Shown here one piece after another: positions 25,521 through 35,178 of a DNA stretch of 60,271 nucleotides. The translations under genes were made by a program, and so were the position numbers. Source of the stretch: a virus (taxonomy: Duplodnaviria > Caudoviricetes); the IMG/VR virus record IMGVR_UViG_3300032282_003042, positions 1-60,271 of that record; one strand, written 5' to 3'. The notes under the pieces are model-generated. The model had not been told where the DNA came from, did no database searches, and was given only the letters and a program-made list of their open reading frames with translations. Position 1 is the stretch's first letter; each line of letters starts with the position of its first letter.

Positions 25521-25694
25521 TTATTCCTCCATAACATACTGTAAGTCATCATGATAGCATTCTTTTAATGTTCCGTCAAGTGCCTTAACAAATAGTTTTG
25601 TTTTATGACCACCCAAAATCTTGACGGAACTGCCGTCCCGAAGGACGGCAATGTTACCTACGTAACCGTGAAATTCAGGACGGGAGTTCTTCAT
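25521..25694 (-). CDS. hypothetical protein
   Basis: Start placed at MKNSRPEF (AGGA RBS), overlapping the cobS end. Confidence 0.6.
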   Translation of the reverse strand: MKNSRPEFHGYVGNIAVLRDGSSVKILGGHKTKLFVKALDGTLKECYHDDLQYVMEE

Positions 25695-26805
25695 TAGTTT
25701 CTTCCTTAGTTTCTTCTGCGACACTAGCATCAATCTTGTCGTACAGCTCCATGAAGCTAGATTTGGTTTCGTCATCAAAACGATTCACACAAACTTGAAT
25801 CGCTTTCATACGTTTGCCAAAGATACTATAAGCACGAATAATATGAGTCAACCGACGAGTAGAAATAACTTCATCAACACCACCATCTTTAAAAGTTTTG
25901 CGAATGATATCTGCCCAAGAGGCAAGCTTTTCACAAAATTCAATATCTTCGCAATTGAATTTTTTAGAAAGTTTTTCAAGAATTTTTTGTTCTGTTTTGG
26001 CAGTAGGGTAATCTTGTTCGAAAGTAAGAGCAAATCGCTCAAGGAATGCTTCATTTAGAACGTTAGTACCAATAAAACGCCCATCATCAGAACCTTTACC
26101 TTTGGTATTTGCAGTTGCAATAATCGTAAATCCAGAAGCTGGTTGTACGTATCGACCAGTTTTTTTAAGGAATACACCTTTACCTTCGAGAATAGATTGA
26201 AGACACATAATCTTATTGGAAGCAAGGTCAATCTCATCAAGAAGCAAAACAGCTCCACGTTCCAATGCTTCAATCACAGGACCATTATGCCAAACAGTTT
26301 CTCCATTTACCAAACGGAAACCACCAATCAAATCATCTTCATCAGTTTCGATGGTGATGTTAACACGAATCAACTCACGCTTCAGTTGAGCACAAGCTTG
26401 TTCAACACCGAAAGTTTTACCGTTACCAGACATACCAGTGATGAATACAGGATAAAAAATTCCAGAAGAAATAATTTTTTTGACATCACTAAAATTACCA
26501 AAGCTAACAAAGTTAGCATCTTTCTCTGGAATCAAAGATTGACGAGGAATTACGACATGTTCAACTGCTTGTTCAGCAATTGGTTCGGCAGAAGGAGAAT
26601 TGTAAGTATGTTCAATTTCCTGAGCAGTGAGGTTCCAACGACCATGACCAACTTTATATTGATCAAGACGTTTTGCGATAGTAGAATACGACGAACAAAA
26701 TTCTTCAGCAGCTGCAATAATAGCATTACTACCAAAATCAGATCCAAAATTTACAGAAATAAAAGAAACGAGAGCTTCTTGTTCGATGATTGCTTTACGA
26801 GCCAT
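25675..26805 (-). CDS. cobS: CobS/MoxR-like AAA+ ATPase
   Basis: GMSGNGKT, DLIGG, LLLDEID, ATANTKG, AFLERF, ISTRRL; GGAG RBS before ATG 26805. Confidence 0.92.
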   Translation of the reverse strand: MARKAIIEQEALVSFISVNFGSDFGSNAIIAAAEEFCSSYSTIAKRLDQYKVGHGRWNLTAQEIEHTYNSPSAEPIAEQAVEHVVIPRQSLIPEKDANFVSFGNFSDVKKIISSGIFYPVFITGMSGNGKTFGVEQACAQLKRELIRVNITIETDEDDLIGGFRLVNGETVWHNGPVIEALERGAVLLLDEIDLASNKIMCLQSILEGKGVFLKKTGRYVQPASGFTIIATANTKGKGSDDGRFIGTNVLNEAFLERFALTFEQDYPTAKTEQKILEKLSKKFNCEDIEFCEKLASWADIIRKTFKDGGVDEVISTRRLTHIIRAYSIFGKRMKAIQVCVNRFDDETKSSFMELYDKIDASVAEETKEETNEELPS

Positions 26806-26871
26806 GATAAATAATCTCCTTTGTGGATAAAAGTATTGTAGCAGATACGGAGGGCATTGTGAGGTGCCCAT

Positions 26872-26891
26872 GGACAGTTTAAAAATTGGTC
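26872..26891 (-). promoter_or_regulatory. 20-bp pseudo-palindromic motif, copy 2
   Basis: GACCAATTTTTAAACTGTCC, 31 bp upstream of TACAAT (26835-26840). Confidence 0.55.
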
Positions 26892-29085
26892 AAGAAACCA
26901 AAGAAGCAAAAGAAGAAAGAAGTTTTTTATTGGTAGCTTTATTCTTGAGCATAGTACGAAATGCTTTGCTAATATCAACAGTATCAGCTTTTTCATCAAC
27001 TGTCATATTTACATTAGATGCAGACATATTATTCGAAGAAATGAAATACAAAGCATCATAACCAAGACCATTCAATTCATAACTTTTTTCTTTACGCCAA
27101 ATTTTCATTACTTCATCTGGAGTAGAAAGTTTTTTAGATGTTTCACTATAATAATCTCGATAAACGTAAGAGAAAGAACTTCCACCACAAATTCGAAATC
27201 CAATAAGATTAACTTCAGGAAAATTATCCTTTAGATTTTCCAATAAGATTGTGGTAACACTATTACTCCAACTTCCTGGATTAAAATTTCGATAAACATG
27301 ACCGATTTCTCGATCACGGAGAGCTGTATCAGAAGAAATGTAATGCATTCCAAAACCAGAACGAGATGTAGAGCCATAACGTTTTTTCAAATCAACATTG
27401 TAATTAATGTTATTTGCTTCCCCATCAGTAAGAATCACTACATTAACTTTTTGTAGTTTGTTTTTGTTTTTAAAGTTAGGAATAATTTTATGAAGAGCCA
27501 TAATTGATTCGTTGAGTGGTGTACCACTCAGATCAAGACCACTAGGAATTGAATATGCGGAATAACAATCACGATCTTGTCGATATGCAAGACGCCATAG
27601 ATTAAGCATCGCTTTTTCAAACATCCTATTATTAACTTTAGAACTTACAAAATTAAGCATAGAGAACGTGCGATAGACATCAATAATTCCATGCTTACGT
27701 TTATAATGATCTTTCGAATGAATATCAGAATTAATATAAGAATTAGACCATTCTTGAGTAAAACCATAAACTTCAAATGGAATTTGAACTTTTTTACAAA
27801 ACCACACAAGATTAAAAAGTTGTTTGACAGTATCAAGAAGATGATCTGACATTGATCCAGACCAATCAAGAACAAAAATCAATCCATGATTTTTACCATC
27901 AGGAACAACAGAAATTTTACGAAAAATATCATCATTATATTTGTATGTGTGAAGCATTTTCGTATCAAGCATTCCAGTACGAGCTGTTGACATACGTTGA
28001 TATTCATCAGCAGATTTCTTCATCTCAAATTCTTTAACAAGATAGTTAACTTCTTTTTGAGAGTCATTGCGATATTTTTTATATTCATTGTCGCAACAAG
28101 AAAAAACAGTATCATCAAATTTATTTTGTAGTTCTTCAAAAAATGCAGAAACATAATTAGTAAGTTTATCACAAGAAACTACAATTTGATCAATTTTGAG
28201 ATCAGGACGTTCTACATAATATGTTTCTGAATGATTATGACCAGTCAAATCTTTTGTTTTATCATCAAAATTTTTTTGTGTTTTAGAAGTAGTTTCATCT
28301 TGATTTTTTGATTTGTTTTCAGATCCAGATTTACTGCCATCTGATTCAGAATTTTCAGATTGATCTAATTGTTGTTCTTGCGTAAATTCTTGATTACCAG
28401 AAGTTTTAAATTCTTCTGCATCACCATTTTGTTGTTCGCCATTGCTTGACATTTGAGTGTCATTGCCTTGTCCCGATTGACCTGCAACTTTATTTTGAGT
28501 TTGAATATCAAAATTATTAATCACATCTTCATTTTGTTCTTTCGTATGTTTCATAAGCAATTCACAAATATGAAGAACTTCATCAAATGTTTCAGCTCCT
28601 TCAATCATTTTGATATAATGCTGTTCTTCTTCGACAAAAGGAATACAAGCATGAGCACCAATTTTGAAATGAAGATTGATGCGATCAATAAAATTAATTT
28701 TTGTGAGATCTTCTTTAGCAATGCCAAAAAAATCATCCCTATTCAATTCACTATAACCATTGTAAAAAGTACGAGCTAGCCCAGGAAACTTACGTTTCAT
28801 AAGTTTCTCAATTCGAGCATCTTCAACTACATTGATATAATCTTTAGGAACATTAGGAGGAACTTTGTCACGCCAATCTTCATTAGGAGTATACAAAGCA
28901 TGTCCAACTTCATGTCCCACCAGAAGGTCGTATACGACCCCAGAAGCCCTGTTCCAAATAGGAAGGGTCAAGACACGGTTAAGTACATCAAACGATGCTG
29001 TAGGGACCTTCTTGTGCTCAATCACGAGGTTTTCTGTGGCAAGCAACTTAGCTAGTTGCCCTTTGACTTCATGGTTAACAGACAT
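26890..29085 (-). CDS. metallopeptidase-vWA (CobT-like) protein, partner of the AAA+ ATPase
   Basis: N-terminal HEVGH and NVVEDARIE; low-complexity linker; MIDAS motifs DWSGS, GTP, LTDG. Confidence 0.85.
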   Translation of the reverse strand: MSVNHEVKGQLAKLLATENLVIEHKKVPTASFDVLNRVLTLPIWNRASGVVYDLLVGHEVGHALYTPNEDWRDKVPPNVPKDYINVVEDARIEKLMKRKFPGLARTFYNGYSELNRDDFFGIAKEDLTKINFIDRINLHFKIGAHACIPFVEEEQHYIKMIEGAETFDEVLHICELLMKHTKEQNEDVINNFDIQTQNKVAGQSGQGNDTQMSSNGEQQNGDAEEFKTSGNQEFTQEQQLDQSENSESDGSKSGSENKSKNQDETTSKTQKNFDDKTKDLTGHNHSETYYVERPDLKIDQIVVSCDKLTNYVSAFFEELQNKFDDTVFSCCDNEYKKYRNDSQKEVNYLVKEFEMKKSADEYQRMSTARTGMLDTKMLHTYKYNDDIFRKISVVPDGKNHGLIFVLDWSGSMSDHLLDTVKQLFNLVWFCKKVQIPFEVYGFTQEWSNSYINSDIHSKDHYKRKHGIIDVYRTFSMLNFVSSKVNNRMFEKAMLNLWRLAYRQDRDCYSAYSIPSGLDLSGTPLNESIMALHKIIPNFKNKNKLQKVNVVILTDGEANNINYNVDLKKRYGSTSRSGFGMHYISSDTALRDREIGHVYRNFNPGSWSNSVTTILLENLKDNFPEVNLIGFRICGGSSFSYVYRDYYSETSKKLSTPDEVMKIWRKEKSYELNGLGYDALYFISSNNMSASNVNMTVDEKADTVDISKAFRTMLKNKATNKKLLSSFASLVS

Positions 29086-29117
29086 GGTTTTCTTTTGAAC
29101 TGAAAATAGTATACAAC

Positions 29118-29139
29118 AAAAAAGGGCTGTTGCCAGCCC
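29118..29139 (-). terminator. intrinsic terminator after gp46
   Basis: GGGCTG-GCAA-CAGCCC-TTTTTT. Confidence 0.8.
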
Positions 29140-29142
29140 CCC

Positions 29143-30873
29143 TCAGTCCACTTCAGAAACTGTCACACGAGACACACTGAAATTTTTTACTTTTTCAAAT
29201 TTAATCGTTTTGTCAAATTTTTCCGATATACCTTCTTTATGAGATATAACAAAAACATTTGTTTTATCATCAAAATTTTTCAAAATCCATCCCAATTCTC
29301 CCGTGCCATTTTGATCTAGAGAACCATCAAAGATTTCATCTAAAATGAGAAGGTTAGTATCCACGCTATTCTTAAGTTTAGCAATAGCTCTCCAAGTAAG
29401 CAACAAAGCAATATCAATCCTAGCTTTTTCCCCTTCAGAAAAAGATTCATATGAAAATGCATCCCTATATCTAGATTTAATTGTCTCTTCAAAACTTTCA
29501 TTCAATGTAAAGTTTACATAAAAATCCATGTTTTGAAGATAGTCATTAATCAGCTTATTCATCACTGGCAAATATTTTTGAATAATTCTTGATTTAATAC
29601 CATTATCTTTCAAAAGTTGATTAGCTACCAAAAGACAATCACGTTCTTCTTTAACATTAGCCATTTGATGTTCGGCTTCTTGTAAAGCTTTTTCCAAACC
29701 TTGTAGTTTAGAATCTTCCTCGTTACGATTAGTATTATTATTTTGTAGTTCAGAAATTTCTTGTTGAAGATCTTGAATTTGTGATTGGTAAGAACTAATT
29801 TGAAACTGCTGAATTTGAGTTTCGTTAAAAACACTGGTTAATTGTTGACTTAATTCAGTGTATTTGAATTCACGTTCTTCTTCTAGTTTAATTGCCAGCT
29901 CCATTTCTTCCATGCCCTGTTTCAGTTCTTTTATGGATTCCATAATCTCAGACACCTTAGCATCCCGAAGGTCTTCGCTAATGTGCTGTGTGCAGGTTGG
30001 GCAAGTGGTGTTCTCTGTAAAAAACTGATGTTCTTTTTTGTGGGTGGTAAACTTCTGCTGAATCTTACCACGAAGATTACCAAGCTTTCTAAGTTTGCCT
30101 GTGGCGGTAGCAAAATTTTCAATTTCTTTGCTTAAAGTATTTCTTTGTTCGTCGAAGTCTTTAAGTTTGTCGTTAACTTCTTGCTCAAGACTTGCCAGGT
30201 GAACAATCTTATTATTCTTCTCCTGAATATCGTTTTGATTTTGAAGATCCAGATTCACAATAAAGTTCTTCTGCATCGTGACTTTTTCCTGAAGAAGATC
30301 TATTTGATAATCACGATCTTTGATATCGTCGTTAGCAAATTTAAGCTTTTCTTTGAGATTGATATTCATCACCGAGAAGATCTGAATGTCAAGAATGTCT
30401 TCGATGATTTCTCTGCGTGATGCCAATGGCAATCTCATAAAAGGAACAAAAGTAGAAGAACCAAGAACTACAATTTGAGTAAATGATTTATAATTCATTT
30501 TCAAAATATTTTGTTCTAGTTGTTTTTGATTATCTATTGTAGAAGATGCTTGATCAAGCATCTCTCCATTTTGATATATTTCAAATACAGTTGGTTTAAT
30601 TCCTCTACGTATTAAATAATCGTTTTTACCTATTTGAAATTCTATTTCTGCAAGGCAATCTTTATCATTAATACTATTAACAAGTAATGGTTTATTAATT
30701 TTTCTAAATGGTTTGCCAAACAAAGAAAAAGTGAGGGCATCCAATACTGTACTTTTGCCAGCTCCATTTTGCCCTATAATTAAATTTGTTTTTTTATCAA
30801 CCAAATTTATTTCTGTAAAAATATTCCCAGTTGACAAGAAATTTTTCCATCTAAGTTTTTTAAATATAATCAT
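29143..30873 (-). CDS. gp46: recombination ATPase (Rad50/SbcC-like, T4 gp46)
   Basis: GQNGAGKST, zinc hook CPTC, FSEGEK signature, LILDEIFD, VISH. Confidence 0.96.
   Translation of the reverse strand: MIIFKKLRWKNFLSTGNIFTEINLVDKKTNLIIGQNGAGKSTVLDALTFSLFGKPFRKINKPLLVNSINDKDCLAEIEFQIGKNDYLIRRGIKPTVFEIYQNGEMLDQASSTIDNQKQLEQNILKMNYKSFTQIVVLGSSTFVPFMRLPLASRREIIEDILDIQIFSVMNINLKEKLKFANDDIKDRDYQIDLLQEKVTMQKNFIVNLDLQNQNDIQEKNNKIVHLASLEQEVNDKLKDFDEQRNTLSKEIENFATATGKLRKLGNLRGKIQQKFTTHKKEHQFFTENTTCPTCTQHISEDLRDAKVSEIMESIKELKQGMEEMELAIKLEEEREFKYTELSQQLTSVFNETQIQQFQISSYQSQIQDLQQEISELQNNNTNRNEEDSKLQGLEKALQEAEHQMANVKEERDCLLVANQLLKDNGIKSRIIQKYLPVMNKLINDYLQNMDFYVNFTLNESFEETIKSRYRDAFSYESFSEGEKARIDIALLLTWRAIAKLKNSVDTNLLILDEIFDGSLDQNGTGELGWILKNFDDKTNVFVISHKEGISEKFDKTIKFEKVKNFSVSRVTVSEVD
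29146..29165 (-). promoter_or_regulatory. 20-bp pseudo-palindromic motif, copy 3
   Basis: TGACAGTTTCTGAAGTGGAC, 32 bp upstream of TATACT (29108-29113). Confidence 0.55.
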
Positions 30874-31133
30874 ATAAAATCTTTTGGGGGAATAATAAAA
30901 TCATCTGAAGTAATTATAGTATATTTTTGATTTCTAAATTCACAAGCATCAATCATATCATCTTCATTTATTTCGATTATTGATAAAGGTGGCATGTCAT
31001 TTGTTTGCTCAAGTAAAAATGAATACCTTTTTATATCGTCTTCTTCTTCAAATATAGGAATTATTTGTTCGCCTGCATCATTTTTTATGCAAAATACTCC
31101 TTCTGGATTTGATTCTAAAGTTAAAATATACAT
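30870..31133 (-). CDS. hypothetical protein (DUF3110-like)
   Basis: EGV, IFEEEDD.KRY..LLE and terminal IIPP pattern recognised from memory. Confidence 0.65.
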   Translation of the reverse strand: MYILTLESNPEGVFCIKNDAGEQIIPIFEEEDDIKRYSFLLEQTNDMPPLSIIEINEDDMIDACEFRNQKYTIITSDDFIIPPKDFI

Positions 31134-31136
31134 ATA

Positions 31137-32183
31137 TTAAATGATTTCGCAACTTTCAATATATAGAGATTTCATCAAAGATTTCAACGAATTTTTATTT
31201 ACGGAAAGCTCTACTTCATCAATATACTCATTCAATAAACTTAAAGTATCTTTTACTTCAGTATCATCAAATTTATAATTATCTTTTACTATTGCAAAAT
31301 CTTCAACAATTTTTAAATCAACTACATTATTATCATACAAACTATTCACAAATTTATCAAATTTATAATAATCTGTTTTATTTTCTACGATAATTTTAAC
31401 AAAAGAGTTTGAATACTTAGAGGGATCGATGTTGAAATTAGGGTCAGCATCATTATAATAAATTTTTTGGAAAATTTCAAACGGGTTTTTAATAAATTGT
31501 AATTTGTTTTTCTTCGGTTCATATAAATGAAATCCTCTAGGATCTTTATAATCATTCCAAAACATTTGATATGGATTACCTAAGTAAGTAACATTATCTC
31601 TGGAAGATTTGTGATGATAATGCCCAGAAAATACTTGTTTAAATTTAGAAAAAATATTTGCATCCATACCATGTTCCATTTTCATGCCAGGAGTAACTTC
31701 AAATCCATTTAATTCTAAATGACCCATAGCAATTTTGGCATCAGTTTGATCAATCCATGTCATTGTCTCGTCATGATTTTCAGAATTGATCCATGGTAAC
31801 ATAAGGATTTTAGTATCCTCAATCATTACCGTTTCTGGTTTGGAATAAATTTCAATGTTGTCGTATTCTTGTAATAATAATTCTGGGGAATTAATTTCAT
31901 TAGTATTTTTATAATAAGTACAATGATTACCAAGAATCATATGAACATAAATGCCATCGTCACGGAGACGATCAAAGTAATGCTTACGAATACGACTCCA
32001 AACATTAAAATCAATACTTTTGCGATTATCGAATGTGTCTCCCAAATCGATGATTTGTGTAATTCCTTTTTCTTTGAGAGTGGGGAAGAAAATTTCATCG
32101 TAAAATTTTTTAAAATATTCCCAAAAAATTAAACTTCCTTTTCTTCCATCTAAATGTTGATCTGTTATCAATGCAATTGTCAT
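31137..32183 (-). CDS. gp47: recombination nuclease (Mre11/SbcD-like, T4 gp47)
   Basis: TDQH, LGDTFD, GNH, GHLE, SGHYH phosphoesterase motifs. Confidence 0.96.
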   Translation of the reverse strand: MTIALITDQHLDGRKGSLIFWEYFKKFYDEIFFPTLKEKGITQIIDLGDTFDNRKSIDFNVWSRIRKHYFDRLRDDGIYVHMILGNHCTYYKNTNEINSPELLLQEYDNIEIYSKPETVMIEDTKILMLPWINSENHDETMTWIDQTDAKIAMGHLELNGFEVTPGMKMEHGMDANIFSKFKQVFSGHYHHKSSRDNVTYLGNPYQMFWNDYKDPRGFHLYEPKKNKLQFIKNPFEIFQKIYYNDADPNFNIDPSKYSNSFVKIIVENKTDYYKFDKFVNSLYDNNVVDLKIVEDFAIVKDNYKFDDTEVKDTLSLLNEYIDEVELSVNKNSLKSLMKSLYIESCEII

Positions 32184-32184
32184 T

Positions 32185-32688
32185 TCACAAATCTCCCAGT
32201 CTATTCATTCTAACTTCAATATTTTCTTTTATAGTTCCCATGTCAGAAAAACTAGAGTTCATATCAAGCATATCTGAACCATAATTATCAGTATGCATTA
32301 CTTCTTGATAACCAGATTTTTCCAAAAGTTTATTTTTAATGTCTAATTGTCTTTTTTCTTTAGATATTCTTCTGAGAAAAGCAAACCAAATAATTTGAGT
32401 AAAATAAGCAAAAGGATTTTTTGATTTTTCTGGATCAAAATTATCTATATATTGAACACAATTTTCTATGCCATCACTTATCATATCTTCCCTAAACATA
32501 TAGTTAACAAAGTTTGGTTTGTATGAAAGGTGTGTAGCAATTTTAAGAAAACATTCGCCAATATAATTTGGAATTTTTGGTTTTGGTTTATCTTTTTTTA
32601 TAGCATCATGCACAGATTTTTTATGCTGTATTAAAGCTTCTAAAAATTCTTTGTTATTAACATAATTTTCTGTTTTTGCTTTTGCCAT
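32185..32688 (-). CDS. gp55: late-transcription sigma factor (T4 gp55-like)
   Basis: YVNNKEFL, NFVNY, DMISDGIENC, NPFAYFTQI. Confidence 0.96.
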   Translation of the reverse strand: MAKAKTENYVNNKEFLEALIQHKKSVHDAIKKDKPKPKIPNYIGECFLKIATHLSYKPNFVNYMFREDMISDGIENCVQYIDNFDPEKSKNPFAYFTQIIWFAFLRRISKEKRQLDIKNKLLEKSGYQEVMHTDNYGSDMLDMNSSFSDMGTIKENIEVRMNRLGDL

Positions 32689-32721
32689 ATCTCATAGATT
32701 TGTGAATATTTCCCATAACAT

Positions 32722-32750
32722 ATTATAGCAAACAACTTCATATTTGTCAA
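32722..32750 (-). promoter_or_regulatory. consensus sigma70-like promoter for gp55
   Basis: TTGACA-17 bp-TATAAT with extended -10 (TG). Confidence 0.85.
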
Positions 32751-32777
32751 GACCCCTGAATGTATCAAAGCAAACAC

Positions 32778-32806
32778 TTGACAAACCTTTCAAAAAGCAG
32801 TATAAT
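32778..32806 (+). promoter_or_regulatory. consensus sigma70-like promoter, divergent, with no ORF downstream
   Basis: TTGACA-17 bp-TATAAT on the + strand. Confidence 0.75.
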
Positions 32807-32843
32807 AACTCTGTTCAGGGTTAAGGGACTACTTAAAGATTAC

Positions 32844-33239
32844 TTAAAGATTATTAAATATATGTTCTAAGTATTCTTTAGTTGACTTTACTGATCCCAA
32901 GTAACCCATTCGATTACTAAATGACTTTGGTTTTATATTAATTAAATCATCAGATGTAGTATTAATGTTATTAAGATAATATTCTTGTATTCTTTTATCT
33001 AATTCACTCATAGTAATAATTTGATTCATTTTAATTACAAACATATTTTCATAAGTAGAATTAATCCAATCTTTTAATACAAATCCGTGAACAGATTTTC
33101 CATTTTTATTAACTGTTTTTAAATCTATTAATTTGGGGTTTTCAACCAAAATACTATCTTCTTCTGGAAGGTAGCAAACTTTTGCTACAATTTCTTCTCC
33201 AGAAGATAATTTAATTGTTGAATAAAATTCTTCTTCCAT
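32844..33239 (-). CDS. conserved hypothetical protein (IKLSSGEEI, Sm-like)
   Basis: 131 aa; lies between uvsW and gp55. Confidence 0.8.
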   Translation of the reverse strand: MEEEFYSTIKLSSGEEIVAKVCYLPEEDSILVENPKLIDLKTVNKNGKSVHGFVLKDWINSTYENMFVIKMNQIITMSELDKRIQEYYLNNINTTSDDLINIKPKSFSNRMGYLGSVKSTKEYLEHIFNNL

Positions 33240-34702
33240 TATTTTAAATTTACTTTTATAATTTCGTAATTAAAATTTTCTTCTTGATATATTTTAATTC
33301 TTTCTTCTAAATGATTTAAAGTATAATTTTGTTTTGTATTATTTGATATGTCATCAGCAATATCATAAAGAGTTGCTATATCTTTTCCTTCTCCTTTACG
33401 TAATACTCTACCAATACTTTGTAAGTTTCTGACTCTAGATTTTGATGGAGAAGCAAATATAATATTATGCAATCTTTTAATATTAATACCAGTACTGAAA
33501 GTTCCGTATGAAGCAATAATTACAGCATTATCTTCTTGTTCAGTAATTGTTCTAACTTGTTCTCTGTCTTCAATTTCAGTAGCACCATGTACAAAGAAAA
33601 CCTTACGTGGTTTTTCTATGCTATTATTTATTAAATCATATAAAGGTTCTCCATGCTTTTCAATATAATTAAAAAGCACTAATGAATTTCCTTTTAAATC
33701 TAATACTAAATTTTTAATTAAATTATTTCTTTTTTTGTGTGATACAATATATTCCATTTCGGAATGATAATCTTCAAAATATTGATACTCGTGTTTACAA
33801 ACAAGAATTTTAATTCTAAAATTAGATAAGTAACCTTTTTTAATTAAATCATCTGTTTTAGTTACTTTTTCGCAAGGACCAAACAATCCTTCCAAAACCC
33901 ATTTGTGTGTTTTACTACCATCTAGAGTTCCTGTAAATCCAAAACGATATTTTGCATTATGCAATTTGGTCATAATCCCTGTGAGAGATTTTGATTTAAA
34001 CAAATGTGCTTCGTCTCCAATTACACAATCAATGTCATCAAAATATCTTTTAGGGAATTTATATATGGATTGCCATGTGGAAATAATAACTGGTTTATCA
34101 GTATTTTTATCTTTACCAGAATAGATTGTATGACAAAAATCATCTGCATTCCATCCATATTCTTTAAAGTCTTTTAACATCTGTTCAACTAATGATGTTG
34201 TTGGAACAATAAGAAGAATTTTTTTATTTGTGGCAACATAATATCTAACAATACTATAAATCATTAAAGATTTTCCTGATCCAGTTGGAGATAAAAATAA
34301 TCCTTTATTGTTTTTTAATGCTTTATATACTGTGAGATATTGATAATCTCTAGGAGCAAATTTAGAAATTTTGTTCATAAAATGAACAACTCCTTCTGGA
34401 GATATAAAATTATTTTGTTCTTCTACATTTCCATACCAATTATTATCAACGTATTCTATATTATAATGTTTTTCATTACACCACTCTTTTAAATGAGATA
34501 GCAATCCCCCATAGAGTTCTCCTGTGCCAGGAGAATATAATTTTATTGTTCCATCCCAATATTTAAATTTTGGATTTCTTTTTAAAAATTTTGCTTCTGG
34601 AACTTCAAATGAAAAATAATCAGATAGCTCATAATGAATATGTGGTTCTGCGTTTATTTTTAAATAAACTTCATTCTTTTTTGTAATTATAATTCTTGAC
34701 AT
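33239..34702 (-). CDS. uvsW: SF2 helicase UvsW
   Basis: PRDYQ, SPTGSGKS, GDEAH, FTGT, QSIGRVLR. Confidence 0.96.
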   Translation of the reverse strand: MSRIIITKKNEVYLKINAEPHIHYELSDYFSFEVPEAKFLKRNPKFKYWDGTIKLYSPGTGELYGGLLSHLKEWCNEKHYNIEYVDNNWYGNVEEQNNFISPEGVVHFMNKISKFAPRDYQYLTVYKALKNNKGLFLSPTGSGKSLMIYSIVRYYVATNKKILLIVPTTSLVEQMLKDFKEYGWNADDFCHTIYSGKDKNTDKPVIISTWQSIYKFPKRYFDDIDCVIGDEAHLFKSKSLTGIMTKLHNAKYRFGFTGTLDGSKTHKWVLEGLFGPCEKVTKTDDLIKKGYLSNFRIKILVCKHEYQYFEDYHSEMEYIVSHKKRNNLIKNLVLDLKGNSLVLFNYIEKHGEPLYDLINNSIEKPRKVFFVHGATEIEDREQVRTITEQEDNAVIIASYGTFSTGINIKRLHNIIFASPSKSRVRNLQSIGRVLRKGEGKDIATLYDIADDISNNTKQNYTLNHLEERIKIYQEENFNYEIIKVNLK

Positions 34703-35178
34703 TAAGTACTACCATTAATGAATTTTTCCCATTCAATTGCATTTTTTACATGATAATTTCTTTGTGAAATCATTTTTAAAACATTATCTAAAAAATGCAA
34801 AACTTGATTTATGTAAACAATTTTTGCTTCAGTATTAATAATATCTTCATCTGATTCTAAATACACTTTCATTTTTTCTAATGTTTTTATACTAGATCCA
34901 AATGGTTTTTCGGCATACACTTTTGCATCTGCCTCGCCTCCATAATATTCTCTTTTTTCTTTAGTAATTTTTCTAAGTTCAAATTCTAAAGAAGTTTTTA
35001 CTTGACTTAAATCTGTGTAAAAATTTAAGTATTTGTTGTGTTGAAATGGAATGTCTAAAGATAATTGAGCTAGATCTGCTGAATATGATTTATCTTTAAA
35101 TTGAAATTCTACTTTACAATCTTTATCCCATTCCGATCTAACATGATTAAAAATATTTTTAATATCATCAAATTTCAT
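34702..35178 (-). CDS. uvsY: recombination mediator UvsY
   Basis: HNKYL, EYYGG, YLESDED, RNYHVKNAIEW; synteny. Confidence 0.88.
   Translation of the reverse strand: MKFDDIKNIFNHVRSEWDKDCKVEFQFKDKSYSADLAQLSLDIPFQHNKYLNFYTDLSQVKTSLEFELRKITKEKREYYGGEADAKVYAEKPFGSSIKTLEKMKVYLESDEDIINTEAKIVYINQVLHFLDNVLKMISQRNYHVKNAIEWEKFINGST

Noticed and set aside
26143-26814. 223-aa + strand ORF
   Set aside because: Antisense shadow of cobS; no motifs and no + strand expression signals seen
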